Source of the DNA: Longimicrobiales bacterium
GTDB lineage: Bacteria > Gemmatimonadota > Gemmatimonadetes > Longimicrobiales > Gaopeijiaceae
Length of the DNA: 64,000 nt
Reading direction: 5' to 3'
Assembly: GCA_965219445.1 (NCBI GenBank)
Contig: CBDCNQ010000004.1
Span: 768,001-832,000, forward strand
Positions 10,340 to 19,589 of the stretch are shown piece by piece. A program made the translations under genes and the position numbers. Position 1 is the first letter of the stretch, and every line of letters starts with the position of its first letter. The notes under the pieces are model-generated. The model was not told the DNA's origin, did no database searches, and saw nothing but the letters and a program-made list of their open reading frames with translations.

Positions 10340-11302
10340 TCAGCTGATCCCGTCCCCCGTTTGATCCGGACGCACGATCTGATGCAATCGCTCGGGTTCC
10401 AGTTGGAACGTGACATGCCCGATGCCGTGCAGCCTCATCCGGTCGCGGATCTCATCCAGAACCCGCTCGTGATGCGTCGGGTCGTCCAAAACGCCGTGTC
10501 CGCTGAGGGCCACGAAACCGCTCGTGAGCGTCCACACGTGTAGATCGTGGACGTTGTGTACGTTGGGGATCGATTGCAGATCCTCGAGTACGCCCTCCAT
10601 GTCCACATGGGGCGGCACCATCTCGAGAAGCACACTGGTCGCCTCCTTCACCAAACGCCAGGCACCCAGAAGGATCAGGCCGGCAATGACGACGGAGACG
10701 ATCGCGTCGATGGGAGTCCAACCCGTCAGGAGGATCAGCGCACCCGCCGCAAGGGCGCCTAGCGACCCGAGCAGATCTCCCAACACATGCAGGTAGGCGC
10801 CCCGCATGTTCAGGTTCTCGTCGGCGTGCGTGTGGAGCAGTCCGGCTCCGACCACGTTGACGATCAAGCCCACCCCCGCCACCACCATCATGAGTGGCCC
10901 ATCGACCTCCTGTGGGGCACCGAGCCGTCGCCAGGCCTCCCAGACGATCCATCCGCTGATGACAAGGAGCGTCGCCCCGTTTACCAGCGCCGCCAGGATC
11001 TCCATGCGGACATATCCGAACGTACGCTCGAAGCTGGGCGGGCGGAGCGCCAGCCGCATCGCGATCAAGGAAAGGGCCAAGGCGCCCACATCGGCGAGCA
11101 TGTGCCCCGAGTCGGCCAGAAGCGCCAATGAGTTAGCGAGAAGGCCACCGACCACCTCCGCCACCATGAATGCCGCCGTGAGGCCCAACACGATCCAAAG
11201 ACGTTTCGATTGGGGACCTCGCTCTAGCGCATCACCCGCATTCGGAGGCCCGTGCGTGTGGACCAGGCCCTGACCCACTAGTGATCCGTGTGGGTGCGCC
11301 AT
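10340..11302 (-). CDS. Cation diffusion facilitator (CzcD/ZitB-like)
   Basis: SLALLADSGHMLAD, NMRGAYLHVLGDLLGS, VHDLHVW, HVTFQLE; His-containing N-terminus. Confidence 0.93.
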   Translation of the reverse strand: MAHPHGSLVGQGLVHTHGPPNAGDALERGPQSKRLWIVLGLTAAFMVAEVVGGLLANSLALLADSGHMLADVGALALSLIAMRLALRPPSFERTFGYVRMEILAALVNGATLLVISGWIVWEAWRRLGAPQEVDGPLMMVVAGVGLIVNVVGAGLLHTHADENLNMRGAYLHVLGDLLGSLGALAAGALILLTGWTPIDAIVSVVIAGLILLGAWRLVKEATSVLLEMVPPHVDMEGVLEDLQSIPNVHNVHDLHVWTLTSGFVALSGHGVLDDPTHHERVLDEIRDRMRLHGIGHVTFQLEPERLHQIVRPDQTGDGIS

Positions 11303-11305
11303 CGG

Positions 11306-12727
11306 TCAGGCGTCCCCGGCCCGGTGGTCGGGAGCCGGCGGCCGAGGTGGTGCCGGTTCCGGCTCTGGCTGTGGCTCTGGCTCCAGCTCCGGCCCTCGCT
11401 CTGGCTCCAGCTCCGGCCCTCGCTCTGGCTCCGCCTCTGGCTCTGGGAGCACCGGCACTGTAATCGCCCGCTTCAGCAATATGGGCCCTCCGAGGATGCT
11501 GCCGATGATCACCGCCATCCCGAGCGTCACGATGTCCGACCCAACGGCCGGGAACCTCTCCTCGATCAAGAGAACCAGCCCCAGGGTGACACCACCCTGA
11601 GAGATCAGACCCTGCCAGGTCTTCGCCCGAAGGTCCATACTCGCACCCGCGCGCTCCAGACCGATGAGCGCCCCCCGATGTGTGAGCCACGCCCGGCCCG
11701 AGAAGATAAGCAGAGCCGCCAGCCAGAACTCTCGGATCGCCCCCAACTCGAGTCGCGCACCCGCTACCGCGAAAAAGAATGCGAAGATCACTACGGAGAC
11801 GGACCGGATACCCCGGATCATGCGATCGCCCGCCAGGGAAAGATTCTCGATTACAAACCCGGCCGCCACGCCCATGAGCAGCAGCTCTACCTGAAGGCGC
11901 TCGGCAAGCACCACCATCACGTATGCGAAGAGGAACGTCGCCATGGGCGACCGCGAGCGATCTTGATCATCACCGAGATAGATCGAGAACACCCACCCCA
12001 GCCCAGCCCCCAGGACGAGCGCCCCTCCCACCTCCCGCCCCAACTCGACGAACGCGTGGCTGTCCAACTGTTCACCGGGGTTCAGGAGCGGTGCCACGAG
12101 GGCCATCGTGAGGGTGAACAGCACGATGACGACCACGTCCTTTACGATCGTGACCCCCAAGACCACGTCGGCGAGCGGACCCGACGCGTGCGTCTCCTCG
12201 ATGACCGCAACCGTGAGATCGGGTGAGGAGTTCGCGGCCCAGATCCCAAGGATCAGCGCAACGGCCAGAGTCCCCGGAAGTGGAAGCGCGGACAGGAACG
12301 GTACTCCAGGGCTGATCACCAGAATGAGCGCGGTCATTCCGCCCCAAACCACTGCGGTCACCGCCAACGTGACATACAGGATGTTCCGTGCTTGGGGCCT
12401 GAGGTGGGAGAGCTTCAACTCCCCGCCCGCCATGAGAGCGATCAGCGCGAGCGCGAAGCTGTCGATCAGGGCCAACTCCTCGACCGCCTCGACAGAAACC
12501 AAGCCTGAGACGGATGGCCCGGCAAGAATCCCTACGATCAGGTACCCCGTGAGGCGCGGCAGCCCCGCCGAGGCGGCCAGGCTTCCCGTGACGTTGGCGA
12601 TCAGGAGGATGAAGCCAATGAGAACCGCCACCTCGGCACCCGGGAACGCAGGAGTTCTGGCCGACATGGCGACGTATGTGATCCCGAACAGGAGGATCAA
12701 AGTCAGGATGAGGCCGATGATTCTCAA
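11306..12727 (-). CDS. Cation:proton antiporter family protein with Pro/Glu-rich tail
   Basis: Polytopic membrane protein; LPRLTGYLIVGILAGPS, GGEL, FFAVAGA, SQGGV. Confidence 0.82.
   Translation of the reverse strand: MRIIGLILTLILLFGITYVAMSARTPAFPGAEVAVLIGFILLIANVTGSLAASAGLPRLTGYLIVGILAGPSVSGLVSVEAVEELALIDSFALALIALMAGGELKLSHLRPQARNILYVTLAVTAVVWGGMTALILVISPGVPFLSALPLPGTLAVALILGIWAANSSPDLTVAVIEETHASGPLADVVLGVTIVKDVVVIVLFTLTMALVAPLLNPGEQLDSHAFVELGREVGGALVLGAGLGWVFSIYLGDDQDRSRSPMATFLFAYVMVVLAERLQVELLLMGVAAGFVIENLSLAGDRMIRGIRSVSVVIFAFFFAVAGARLELGAIREFWLAALLIFSGRAWLTHRGALIGLERAGASMDLRAKTWQGLISQGGVTLGLVLLIEERFPAVGSDIVTLGMAVIIGSILGGPILLKRAITVPVLPEPEAEPERGPELEPERGPELEPEPQPEPEPAPPRPPAPDHRAGDA
11374..11432. 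repeat. Perfect 24-bp tandem repeat (about 2.5 copies) encoding EPERGPEL
   Basis: GCTCTGGCTCCAGCTCCGGCCCTC at 11374-11397 and 11398-11421, plus a partial copy. Confidence 0.92.
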
Positions 12728-12894
12728 ACCGTCTCTGCCACCGTCTGGAGTGATCGAGGGGTACCCCGGGCGAGGGGTTGCGCTTGGCCGCCACTGCCGC
12801 TCTCGTGTCGGTCAACCTATCCAGGAAGCGACGCGAGTGCAGCCATCGCACCCATGATGCCCTTCACCCGCGTGCACGTTGGAGCCTTGGACGC

Positions 12895-14124
12895 ATGAAT
12901 CACCGTACCACCGCCCTGGGGCTGATCCTGGGCCTCGCGCTCGGACTCCTCGCCAGCGCCACGGACATCGGTCTGGTCGACCGCCTGGCTGCCGGCGTAG
13001 CGCCGCTGGGCACCCTCTTCATCAACGCCATCAGAATGGTGGTCATCCCGCTTGTGGTGACGACGATTTTCGTCGGTGTCGCCCGCATCGGGAATCCGAG
13101 GGCGGTGGGAAAGCTCGGGGGATCCGCGTTCGGCTTCTTCTGGGGAACGACCCTCCCCGCCATCGTGATCGGCATGGGGTTCATGACGATCGCGATGGCC
13201 ATCTGGCCCGTGGCCGTCGAGGTACCGACGACGGTGGAGGGTCCACAGGAGCTCCCCGGGCTCCTCGACCTCGTACTGAGCTTGATCCCGGCCAACCCGT
13301 TCGCCGCCGCGGCGGACGGAGCCCTGCTCCCGCTGATCGTATTCACGCTCCTCATGGCGGCGGCAGCCGGAGCCGTGGAAGAGGAACGTCGCCACCGGCT
13401 GATCGCTCTCGCCGAAGACTTCAGCGCGGTATTCATCCGCCTCGTCCACTGGATTCTGTGGACCGCGCCCGCCGGTGTGTTCGGACTCGCAGCGCCGGTC
13501 GTGGCACAGATGGGGCTCGGCTTGCTCGCTGGCCTGGCCGTGTTTGTGGGCACCGTGGTCGTCGGGCTGTTCGTGTTCATGGCGCTCCTCTACCTGCCGG
13601 CCGTGCGGTATGGGGGGAAAACGGGAGTGGGAGAGTTCGTTCGGGGAGTGACCGGCAGCTATGTGATCGGGTTCTCGACAACCAGCTCGGTGGCCTCCCT
13701 CCCGGTCATGTTCGAAGACGCCGAGGCACTGGGGGTGTCGCCGCCCGTGTCTTCGCTTGTCCTCTCTCTGGGGGCGGCCGTGAATCGGGCCGGGAGCGCA
13801 CTCTTCCAGGCCGGAGCCGTGGTGTTCCTCGCCACCCTCTACGGCGTGCCGCTCCCGTTCACGACTCTGGTGACTGCCGGATTCGTGGGCTTCGTGGTCG
13901 CCATGTCGGTGGCTCCGGTGCCCTCGGCAAGCATCGTGACGCTCGCCCCGATCCTCGAGGCCGCCGGCATACCCTTGGGTGGCCTGGGGCTCCTCCTCGG
14001 AATCGACCGGATTCCAGACATGTTTCGGAGCGCGACGAACGTCACCGGACACGTCGCCGCGGCCGTGACTGTCGAGGGGCTGGTGAAGACGGAGCCACAA
14101 GATGGGTTGAATAGGGTAGAATAG
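12895..14124 (+). CDS. Dicarboxylate/amino acid:cation symporter (DAACS, GltP/DctA family)
   Basis: LFINAIRMVVIPLV, IPANPF, APAGVFGL, FSTTSSVASLP, IDRIPDMFRSATNVTG. Confidence 0.93.
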   Translation: MNHRTTALGLILGLALGLLASATDIGLVDRLAAGVAPLGTLFINAIRMVVIPLVVTTIFVGVARIGNPRAVGKLGGSAFGFFWGTTLPAIVIGMGFMTIAMAIWPVAVEVPTTVEGPQELPGLLDLVLSLIPANPFAAAADGALLPLIVFTLLMAAAAGAVEEERRHRLIALAEDFSAVFIRLVHWILWTAPAGVFGLAAPVVAQMGLGLLAGLAVFVGTVVVGLFVFMALLYLPAVRYGGKTGVGEFVRGVTGSYVIGFSTTSSVASLPVMFEDAEALGVSPPVSSLVLSLGAAVNRAGSALFQAGAVVFLATLYGVPLPFTTLVTAGFVGFVVAMSVAPVPSASIVTLAPILEAAGIPLGGLGLLLGIDRIPDMFRSATNVTGHVAAAVTVEGLVKTEPQDGLNRVE

Positions 14125-14148
14125 TACCCTATATTCTACCATTCTACC
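14105..14148. promoter_or_regulatory. Inverted/direct repeat cluster, putative VapBC operator
   Basis: GGTTGAAT and GGTAGAAT forward, then ATTCTACC twice; perfect inverted repeat GGTAGAATA-N8-TATTCTACC. Confidence 0.65.
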
Positions 14149-14166
14149 TTCTCCGAAGGAAACGCC

Positions 14167-14421
14167 ATGTCGCTCAACATAAAGAACCCGGAGGCCCACC
14201 GTTTGGCTAAGGAACTGGCGGAGCACACGGGGGAGAGCCTGACCCAGGCGGTGACGATAGCGCTGCGGGAGCGGCTTTCCGACCTCCGAACACATGAGCA
14301 GCCGGGCGGCCTGGTGGCGGCCGTCGCCGAAATCCAGGAGTTCGTGGGAGCGCTCCCCGACCGCGATCGCCGATCCGCAGACGAGATTCTGGGATATGAC
14401 GACCACGGTCTGCCCAGCTAG
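14167..14421 (+). CDS. vapB: VapB-type antitoxin (Rv0623-like)
   Basis: MSLNIKNPEAHRLAKELA..TGESLTQAV..ALRERL; C-terminal ILGYDDHGLP; directly upstream of a PIN toxin. Confidence 0.88.
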   Translation: MSLNIKNPEAHRLAKELAEHTGESLTQAVTIALRERLSDLRTHEQPGGLVAAVAEIQEFVGALPDRDRRSADEILGYDDHGLPS

Positions 14422-14433
14422 GAACCTGGAACC

Positions 14434-14829
14434 GTGGTCATAGACACGTCGGCCCTGGTGGCCATTCTCCTTTGTGAGCCAGAGGGGGACCGGCTCATCA
14501 CGGCAATCGTAGAGGCAGGGTCCCGTCTTGTAGGCACGCCCACACTGGTCGAGGCGGCTGCCGTGATGCATGCGCGGAAGGGGCCAGGTGGAGAGATCGC
14601 GCTCGATGCGCTGTTGGAGCGTCTCGATATCGGATTGTTGGCGCTTTCAACCGACGGGTCTAGGCTCGCGCGCCTGGGTTATGCCCGCTTCGGGAAGGGT
14701 GTCGGCTCGCCAGGTGTCCTGAACTACGGCGACTGTCTAGCGTACGGCGTGGCCATGGCGGCACGAGAGCCGCTCCTCTTCAAAGGAGACGATTTCGGGC
14801 AGACTGACGTGGGGGTGGCAGCTTACTGA
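14434..14829 (+). CDS. vapC: VapC PIN-domain toxin
   Basis: MVIDTSALVAIL..EP, LNYGDCLAY, PLLFKGDDF. Confidence 0.92.
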   Translation: MVIDTSALVAILLCEPEGDRLITAIVEAGSRLVGTPTLVEAAAVMHARKGPGGEIALDALLERLDIGLLALSTDGSRLARLGYARFGKGVGSPGVLNYGDCLAYGVAMAAREPLLFKGDDFGQTDVGVAAY

Positions 14830-14857
14830 GGGATTGTTCGTCGTCTGGCAGCAGCCG

Positions 14858-15361
14858 TCAGCCCGTCGTGCTAATCGGTGCCCCCTTGGTCACGGCCATC
14901 GCCCCGCTCCGTGCCAACGTCTCCATCTCGGCGAGCTCGGCGACCTCCGCCATAAAGCGGTCGATCTCTGTCCCTCCACTGATCAATTCGACCGTGAAGT
15001 GCCCGCCGGAGTCATCCAGAACCCGGCCACCGAAGACCTCTACGATGTCCGCCAGCCGCTCCTCCTCCGGTCCACCCTTCGGCAGGCGCAGCTTGAACAG
15101 CGCCAGCTCTCGCTCGATGTGATCCGTACCGGTCATGTCGACGATGTTGACCACGTCCACCAGCTTGCCGAGATGTTTCGAGATCTGTTCGATGACAGCG
15201 TCCGAGCCGGTCGAAACAACCGTCAGTCGCGAAACGGTCTCGTCGTCGGTGGGCGCCACGTTCAGGCTCTCGATGTTGAAGCCCCGTGTCGAGAACAGGT
15301 TGGTGACGCGAGAGAGCGCTCCCGCCTCGTTCTGTAACAACACCGATATGATATGCCGCAT
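14858..15361 (-). CDS. ilvN: Acetolactate synthase small (regulatory) subunit
   Basis: MRHIISVLLQNEAGALSRVTNLFSTRGFNIESLNVAPT..SRLT, KLVDV, ERELAL.K. Confidence 0.93.
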   Translation of the reverse strand: MRHIISVLLQNEAGALSRVTNLFSTRGFNIESLNVAPTDDETVSRLTVVSTGSDAVIEQISKHLGKLVDVVNIVDMTGTDHIERELALFKLRLPKGGPEEERLADIVEVFGGRVLDDSGGHFTVELISGGTEIDRFMAEVAELAEMETLARSGAMAVTKGAPISTTG

Positions 15362-15537
15362 CTGAAGACGCCTAAGCGATATTAGTGTTCTGAGTGGAAG
15401 GGTATGGCGCGCGTCAGGCAACTTTCGCTGGGAACGGCTCCTCTTGCAATACGCGGCGCGTGATCCACCTTCCTGATACGACAAGGCAGACCTTCCGATC
15501 CCCAGAAGTTCGCGAGCCACCGAGACTAAATTCAAAG

Positions 15538-17382
15538 ATGGACGTGGAAACTAAAGCGAAGCCGGCACACGCCCTGGCGGGCACGGTCATGAGCGGCGCC
15601 GAGATCATCATGCAGGTGCTCGCCGACGAGGGCGTGCGGACGATCTTCGGCTACAGCGGAGGAGCGATCCTACCGACATACGACGCCGTGTTCCGGTACA
15701 ACGAGGCGCACTCAGAGGACGGCAAGGAGCCGATACCGCTCATCGTCCCGGCCAATGAACAGGGCGCCGGCTTCATGGCGGCCGGGTACGCACGCGCCAG
15801 CGGAGGGGTCGGAGTCGCCATCGTCACCTCCGGTCCAGGGGCCACCAACTGCGTGACGCCGGTGCGGGATTGCATGGCCGACTCCATTCCGATCGTGGTC
15901 ATCTGTGGGCAGGTTCCGAGGGCGGCCATCGGCACGGACGCGTTCCAGGAAGCGCCTGTCACAGCCGTCATGGGGTCGGTGGCCAAGCATGTCTTCCTGG
16001 TCACGGACCCCGAGGTTCTCGAGTCCACCGTCCGCACTGCCTTCGAGATCGCAAGGACCGGTAGGCCCGGCCCGGTCGTGGTGGACATCCCCAAGGACGT
16101 GCAGAACTGGGAGGGGCCGTTCGAGGGTGAGGGAGTTCTATCGGTCCCCGGTTATCGCCGCCGGCTGAACTCCGTAGAGTCCAGCACGCTGGACCAGGGC
16201 CAATGCGCGGAGTTTTTCTCCATGCTGGCCGAAAGCAAGCGCCCACTCATCTACGCCGGCGGCGGGGTGATCAATGGCAACGCGGCAGAGGAGTTGCGCC
16301 TGTTCTCGCGAACGTTCGCTATTCCCGGTGTCACCACGCTCATGGGACTCGGAGGCCTCGATACCACGGATCCGTTGTGCCTCCACATGTTGGGAATGCA
16401 CGGCACAGCGCAGGCGAATTACGCCGTCGACGACTGTGACCTACTCATCGCCGTCGGCGCGCGCTTCGATGATCGCGTCGCGGGAGATCCGCCGAAATTC
16501 GCGACCAACGCACGCCGCGTACTTCACTTCGACATCGACCCCGCGGAGATCCACAAGGTCAAGCACGCCGACTGGCATCACGTCGGCATTCTCACAGACG
16601 CCCTGGATACCTTGATCGAGTACGGGCGCAGGACCGACTTCAAGGGGGACTATTCGGGTTGGCACGCCGAAGTCGAGGAACTCAAGACCACGTACGCTCT
16701 CAACTACGACAGGGAGAGCGACCTCATCCAGCCCCACTACATCATCGAAACGATGAACCGCATCACTCAGGGTGAGGCGATCATCTCGACGGGAGTCGGC
16801 CAGCACCAGATGTGGGCCGCTCAGTATTGTGACTTCCGGGAGCCGCGCCTTTGGCTCACGTCCGGAAGCATGGGCACGATGGGATTCGGTTTGCCTGCCG
16901 CCATCGGCGCGCAGTTCGCTCGCCCGGATAAGCTCGTCATCGACGTGGACGGCGACGCGAGCATCCGAATGAACCTCGGGGAGTTCGAAACCGTCACCAC
17001 CTACGAGCTGCCGATCAAGATCATCGTGCTGAACAACTTCGGTGACGGGATGGTCATGCAGTGGCAGCGACTCTTCTTCAAGGGTCGACTCTCGGCGAGC
17101 GACAAGTCGCTGAGGAAGAAGAATTTCGTGAAGTCGGTGGAGGCCGATGGTTTCGAATTTGCAAAGCGCCTCGACCGTAAAGAGGACGTGCCCGCCGTCC
17201 TGGAGGAATTCCTGAGCTTCGGCGGCCCGGCCTTCCTCGAGGTCATCATCGACCCCGAAGCCCACGTCTATCCCATGGTGGGGCCCGGCCTCTCGTACCG
17301 GGACATGATCACCGGGGAGTTCATCCCAAACCGCTACGACACCGAGGACGCGCACGAGCCGGATCCGTCGGAGATGTTCTAG
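15538..17382 (+). CDS. ilvB: Acetolactate synthase large subunit
   Basis: FGYSGGAILP, EQGAGFMA.GYAR, TSGPGATN, GTDAFQE, MLGMHG, GARFDDRV, GVGQHQMW, SG..GTMGFGLPAA, TPP motif DGDAS...NN. Confidence 0.95.
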   Translation: MDVETKAKPAHALAGTVMSGAEIIMQVLADEGVRTIFGYSGGAILPTYDAVFRYNEAHSEDGKEPIPLIVPANEQGAGFMAAGYARASGGVGVAIVTSGPGATNCVTPVRDCMADSIPIVVICGQVPRAAIGTDAFQEAPVTAVMGSVAKHVFLVTDPEVLESTVRTAFEIARTGRPGPVVVDIPKDVQNWEGPFEGEGVLSVPGYRRRLNSVESSTLDQGQCAEFFSMLAESKRPLIYAGGGVINGNAAEELRLFSRTFAIPGVTTLMGLGGLDTTDPLCLHMLGMHGTAQANYAVDDCDLLIAVGARFDDRVAGDPPKFATNARRVLHFDIDPAEIHKVKHADWHHVGILTDALDTLIEYGRRTDFKGDYSGWHAEVEELKTTYALNYDRESDLIQPHYIIETMNRITQGEAIISTGVGQHQMWAAQYCDFREPRLWLTSGSMGTMGFGLPAAIGAQFARPDKLVIDVDGDASIRMNLGEFETVTTYELPIKIIVLNNFGDGMVMQWQRLFFKGRLSASDKSLRKKNFVKSVEADGFEFAKRLDRKEDVPAVLEEFLSFGGPAFLEVIIDPEAHVYPMVGPGLSYRDMITGEFIPNRYDTEDAHEPDPSEMF

Positions 17383-17412
17383 GACGGGGACTTGCCGGCA
17401 CGCCCTCGGCCT

Positions 17413-17856
17413 TCAGCCGGCTATGATGGCGGCCGCGAACCAGGCGAGGAGGCCGTAGCGCGAGATCGTCCCGACGAGCCCTGCGAGCGCGAAAAGCGCG
17501 AAGGGCACGCGAAGCATGCCACAGGCCAACGTGACCAGGTAGAAGGGTGGAAGTGCGATGGCGGAGCCCGAGAAGACGGCCAGGACGAGGAGGCCTCGGC
17601 GCTCGCGGAACGCCTCGACCCTGGAGGCGAGCTGGCGCGCCCGAGCGGGCATCCGCTCCGGCACCCAACGGGTCACCCCGTAGAGAACGGCCTTCGCCGA
17701 CATCTGGGTGGCGGCGCACGCCAACACCAGTGCCGGAAGTCCGCTCTGTGGTGTCAGGAGTGCGGCTCCGGCGATAACGACTTCGCCATTTATCCACGGA
17801 AAAATCCCCCCGAGAGCGACCGTGGCCGCCGCTCCGATAAGTACGCTGGCGTCCAT
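17413..17856 (-). CDS. Small membrane protein, VTT/DedA-like
   Basis: Hydrophobic; P..N.E, LPPFY.V..ACG.L...F..F...G...R pattern; TGATG overlap with the upstream gene. Confidence 0.6.
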   Translation of the reverse strand: MDASVLIGAAATVALGGIFPWINGEVVIAGAALLTPQSGLPALVLACAATQMSAKAVLYGVTRWVPERMPARARQLASRVEAFRERRGLLVLAVFSGSAIALPPFYLVTLACGMLRVPFALFALAGLVGTISRYGLLAWFAAAIIAG

Positions 17857-18563
17857 CAGGCACCTCCTTCGGCTATCCGGTGCATGGGAGGCCACGCGAC
17901 TACACGCTCACGCGCAGTGATGACGCAAAGACGACATCCGCGCACTATCAGCCAGAAGCTCAAGCCCATCAGGAGGTGAGCGATGTCGATGTGGTTGAGC
18001 CAGGGCCCGATGGAGAGCCGTCCTACGTAAACGGCAGCCGTCAGTATGGAGAGGGAAAGCCCACCCGCGATCCAACTAGATCCGGGGTGTCCTCGGCGAA
18101 GCGCCAACGTCTCTACGCCGATCACCGGCAGTAGGCCGGCCGCCGTGTTCACCACCAGCAGGAGTATCTCCGGACCCAACACGACATTGCCAGCCAAGAA
18201 CACGCAGAGTTGGATCTGCAATAGCCGCTCGAAGCGGTGTCTGAGGTGCTCCGGCGCATGGGCGACCGCGGTCGCACTTTGGGCATAGTACGTGGAGATA
18301 CCGCTGGTGAGGTTCGATACCCAAAGCGCCAGTAGCAGGCCGGTCTCCGACAGCTCGTGCTGGAAGCCGTGCTTGAGAACCCCGACCATCGTCGCGATCG
18401 CCATCATCGCGAAGAACCCACCCCATAGCCTCGAGCGCGCCCCCGCCCCTACCCTGAGACTGCGGAAGTAGAGGGCGCACTGCACCGCGAGTGCGAGATT
18501 CGTTCCCGCCGTGACAGGAGCCCGAATCACGAATCCACCGATTTCGATCCAAGTCGTCTCCAT
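17856..18563 (-). CDS. Multi-pass membrane protein (DUF6962-like)
   Basis: About 7 hydrophobic segments; PVTAGTNLAL, GVLKHGF, NHIDIAH. Confidence 0.6.
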   Translation of the reverse strand: METTWIEIGGFVIRAPVTAGTNLALAVQCALYFRSLRVGAGARSRLWGGFFAMMAIATMVGVLKHGFQHELSETGLLLALWVSNLTSGISTYYAQSATAVAHAPEHLRHRFERLLQIQLCVFLAGNVVLGPEILLLVVNTAAGLLPVIGVETLALRRGHPGSSWIAGGLSLSILTAAVYVGRLSIGPWLNHIDIAHLLMGLSFWLIVRGCRLCVITARERVVAWPPMHRIAEGGA

Positions 18564-18566
18564 GGG

Positions 18567-19589
18567 TCATTCCTCCAGGGAGCGCGAGGATGAGCGTGCG
18601 GACTTCCAGAAGCGGAACGCCTCGGTGAGGCCGATGTCTGGCACGATCGAGGGGGACCAGCCGAGCTCGTTTCGAGCCCGATCGGACGTGAAGGGATTGT
18701 CCTTCGTGAGCATGTTGAGGGTGCCGGTGGCGTGACGTGCCAAGTCACTCCGACCGATGGCCTTCAGAAACCCCTGGAGGGCTACGAAACCGGCACGCCC
18801 GATCGGCATCGGCACGGCCGGCGCATAGATTCGCCTTCCAAGGCCCGCCTGTGCGCAGCGGATCAGGTCTGTGACGGTGACCGGGAAGTCGTTCGCCAGG
18901 AGGAACGCCTTCCCCCCGGCGTTTTCCGTCGTCGCCGCGAGTATTGCCCCCTCTGCCACGTGCCGAGCGTGGACGAGAGCAAGCGTCGTGCGCCCGCCCC
19001 TGATCCGGGGAAAAAGACCGCCCTCGAGCACCGGCGCCACCCGCGGCGCAAACTGCCGGTCCCGACAGCCGTACATGACTGGAGGACGGACGACCGCCCC
19101 CCAGGCACGTCCCGTCCGATGAGCGTCGAGGACGACCGCCTCGGCCTCCTGTTTGGAGCGCCCGTACACGTCGTAGGCGGGCAGCTCAGGAAGCGGGACA
19201 CGTTCGTCCGTGGGCTTGTCGTTGTACCGAGCGGTGCCGTAGACCGCGGTGCTGCTCACGTGCACGAGCCGGGCACCGGCCCCCGATGCCGCCTCGACGA
19301 CACTCCGCGTTCCTTCGACGTTCCCACGCCGGTACTCCTCCCAATCGCCACCCGCTCCCATGGCTGCGGCGGCGTGGAAGACGGCATCGCACGATTCGGC
19401 GGCCACCGTCAACGAGTCGACGTTCTCCAGAGAGCCGTCGACAAGCTCTGCACCGACCTCTTCGAGCCAAGCTCCCCGTTCGCGAGACCTTACCAATGCC
19501 CGCACCGACCAACCATCTTCTAGCAGACGTTCCGTGATGTACGAACCGAGCATCCCCGTAGCACCCGTGACCAGCGCCCGGCCGGTCAT
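18567..19589 (-). CDS. NAD-dependent epimerase/dehydratase (extended SDR, 3-beta-HSD-like)
   Basis: LVTGATGMLG, VFHAAA, NVEGT, HVSSTAVYG, YGRSK, RP..MYG; ATGA overlap with the PQQ dehydrogenase stop. Confidence 0.9.
   Translation of the reverse strand: MTGRALVTGATGMLGSYITERLLEDGWSVRALVRSRERGAWLEEVGAELVDGSLENVDSLTVAAESCDAVFHAAAAMGAGGDWEEYRRGNVEGTRSVVEAASGAGARLVHVSSTAVYGTARYNDKPTDERVPLPELPAYDVYGRSKQEAEAVVLDAHRTGRAWGAVVRPPVMYGCRDRQFAPRVAPVLEGGLFPRIRGGRTTLALVHARHVAEGAILAATTENAGGKAFLLANDFPVTVTDLIRCAQAGLGRRIYAPAVPMPIGRAGFVALQGFLKAIGRSDLARHATGTLNMLTKDNPFTSDRARNELGWSPSIVPDIGLTEAFRFWKSARSSSRSLEE

Noticed and set aside
12817..14571. Long antisense or alternate-frame ORFs (e.g. 12817-14571, 6179-7729, 26995-28458)
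   Set aside because: Shadow ORFs of real genes in high-GC DNA, with no recognisable motifs.
15362..15537. ilv attenuator or leader peptide
   Set aside because: No short Leu/Val/Ile-rich ORF with a terminator hairpin is evident.
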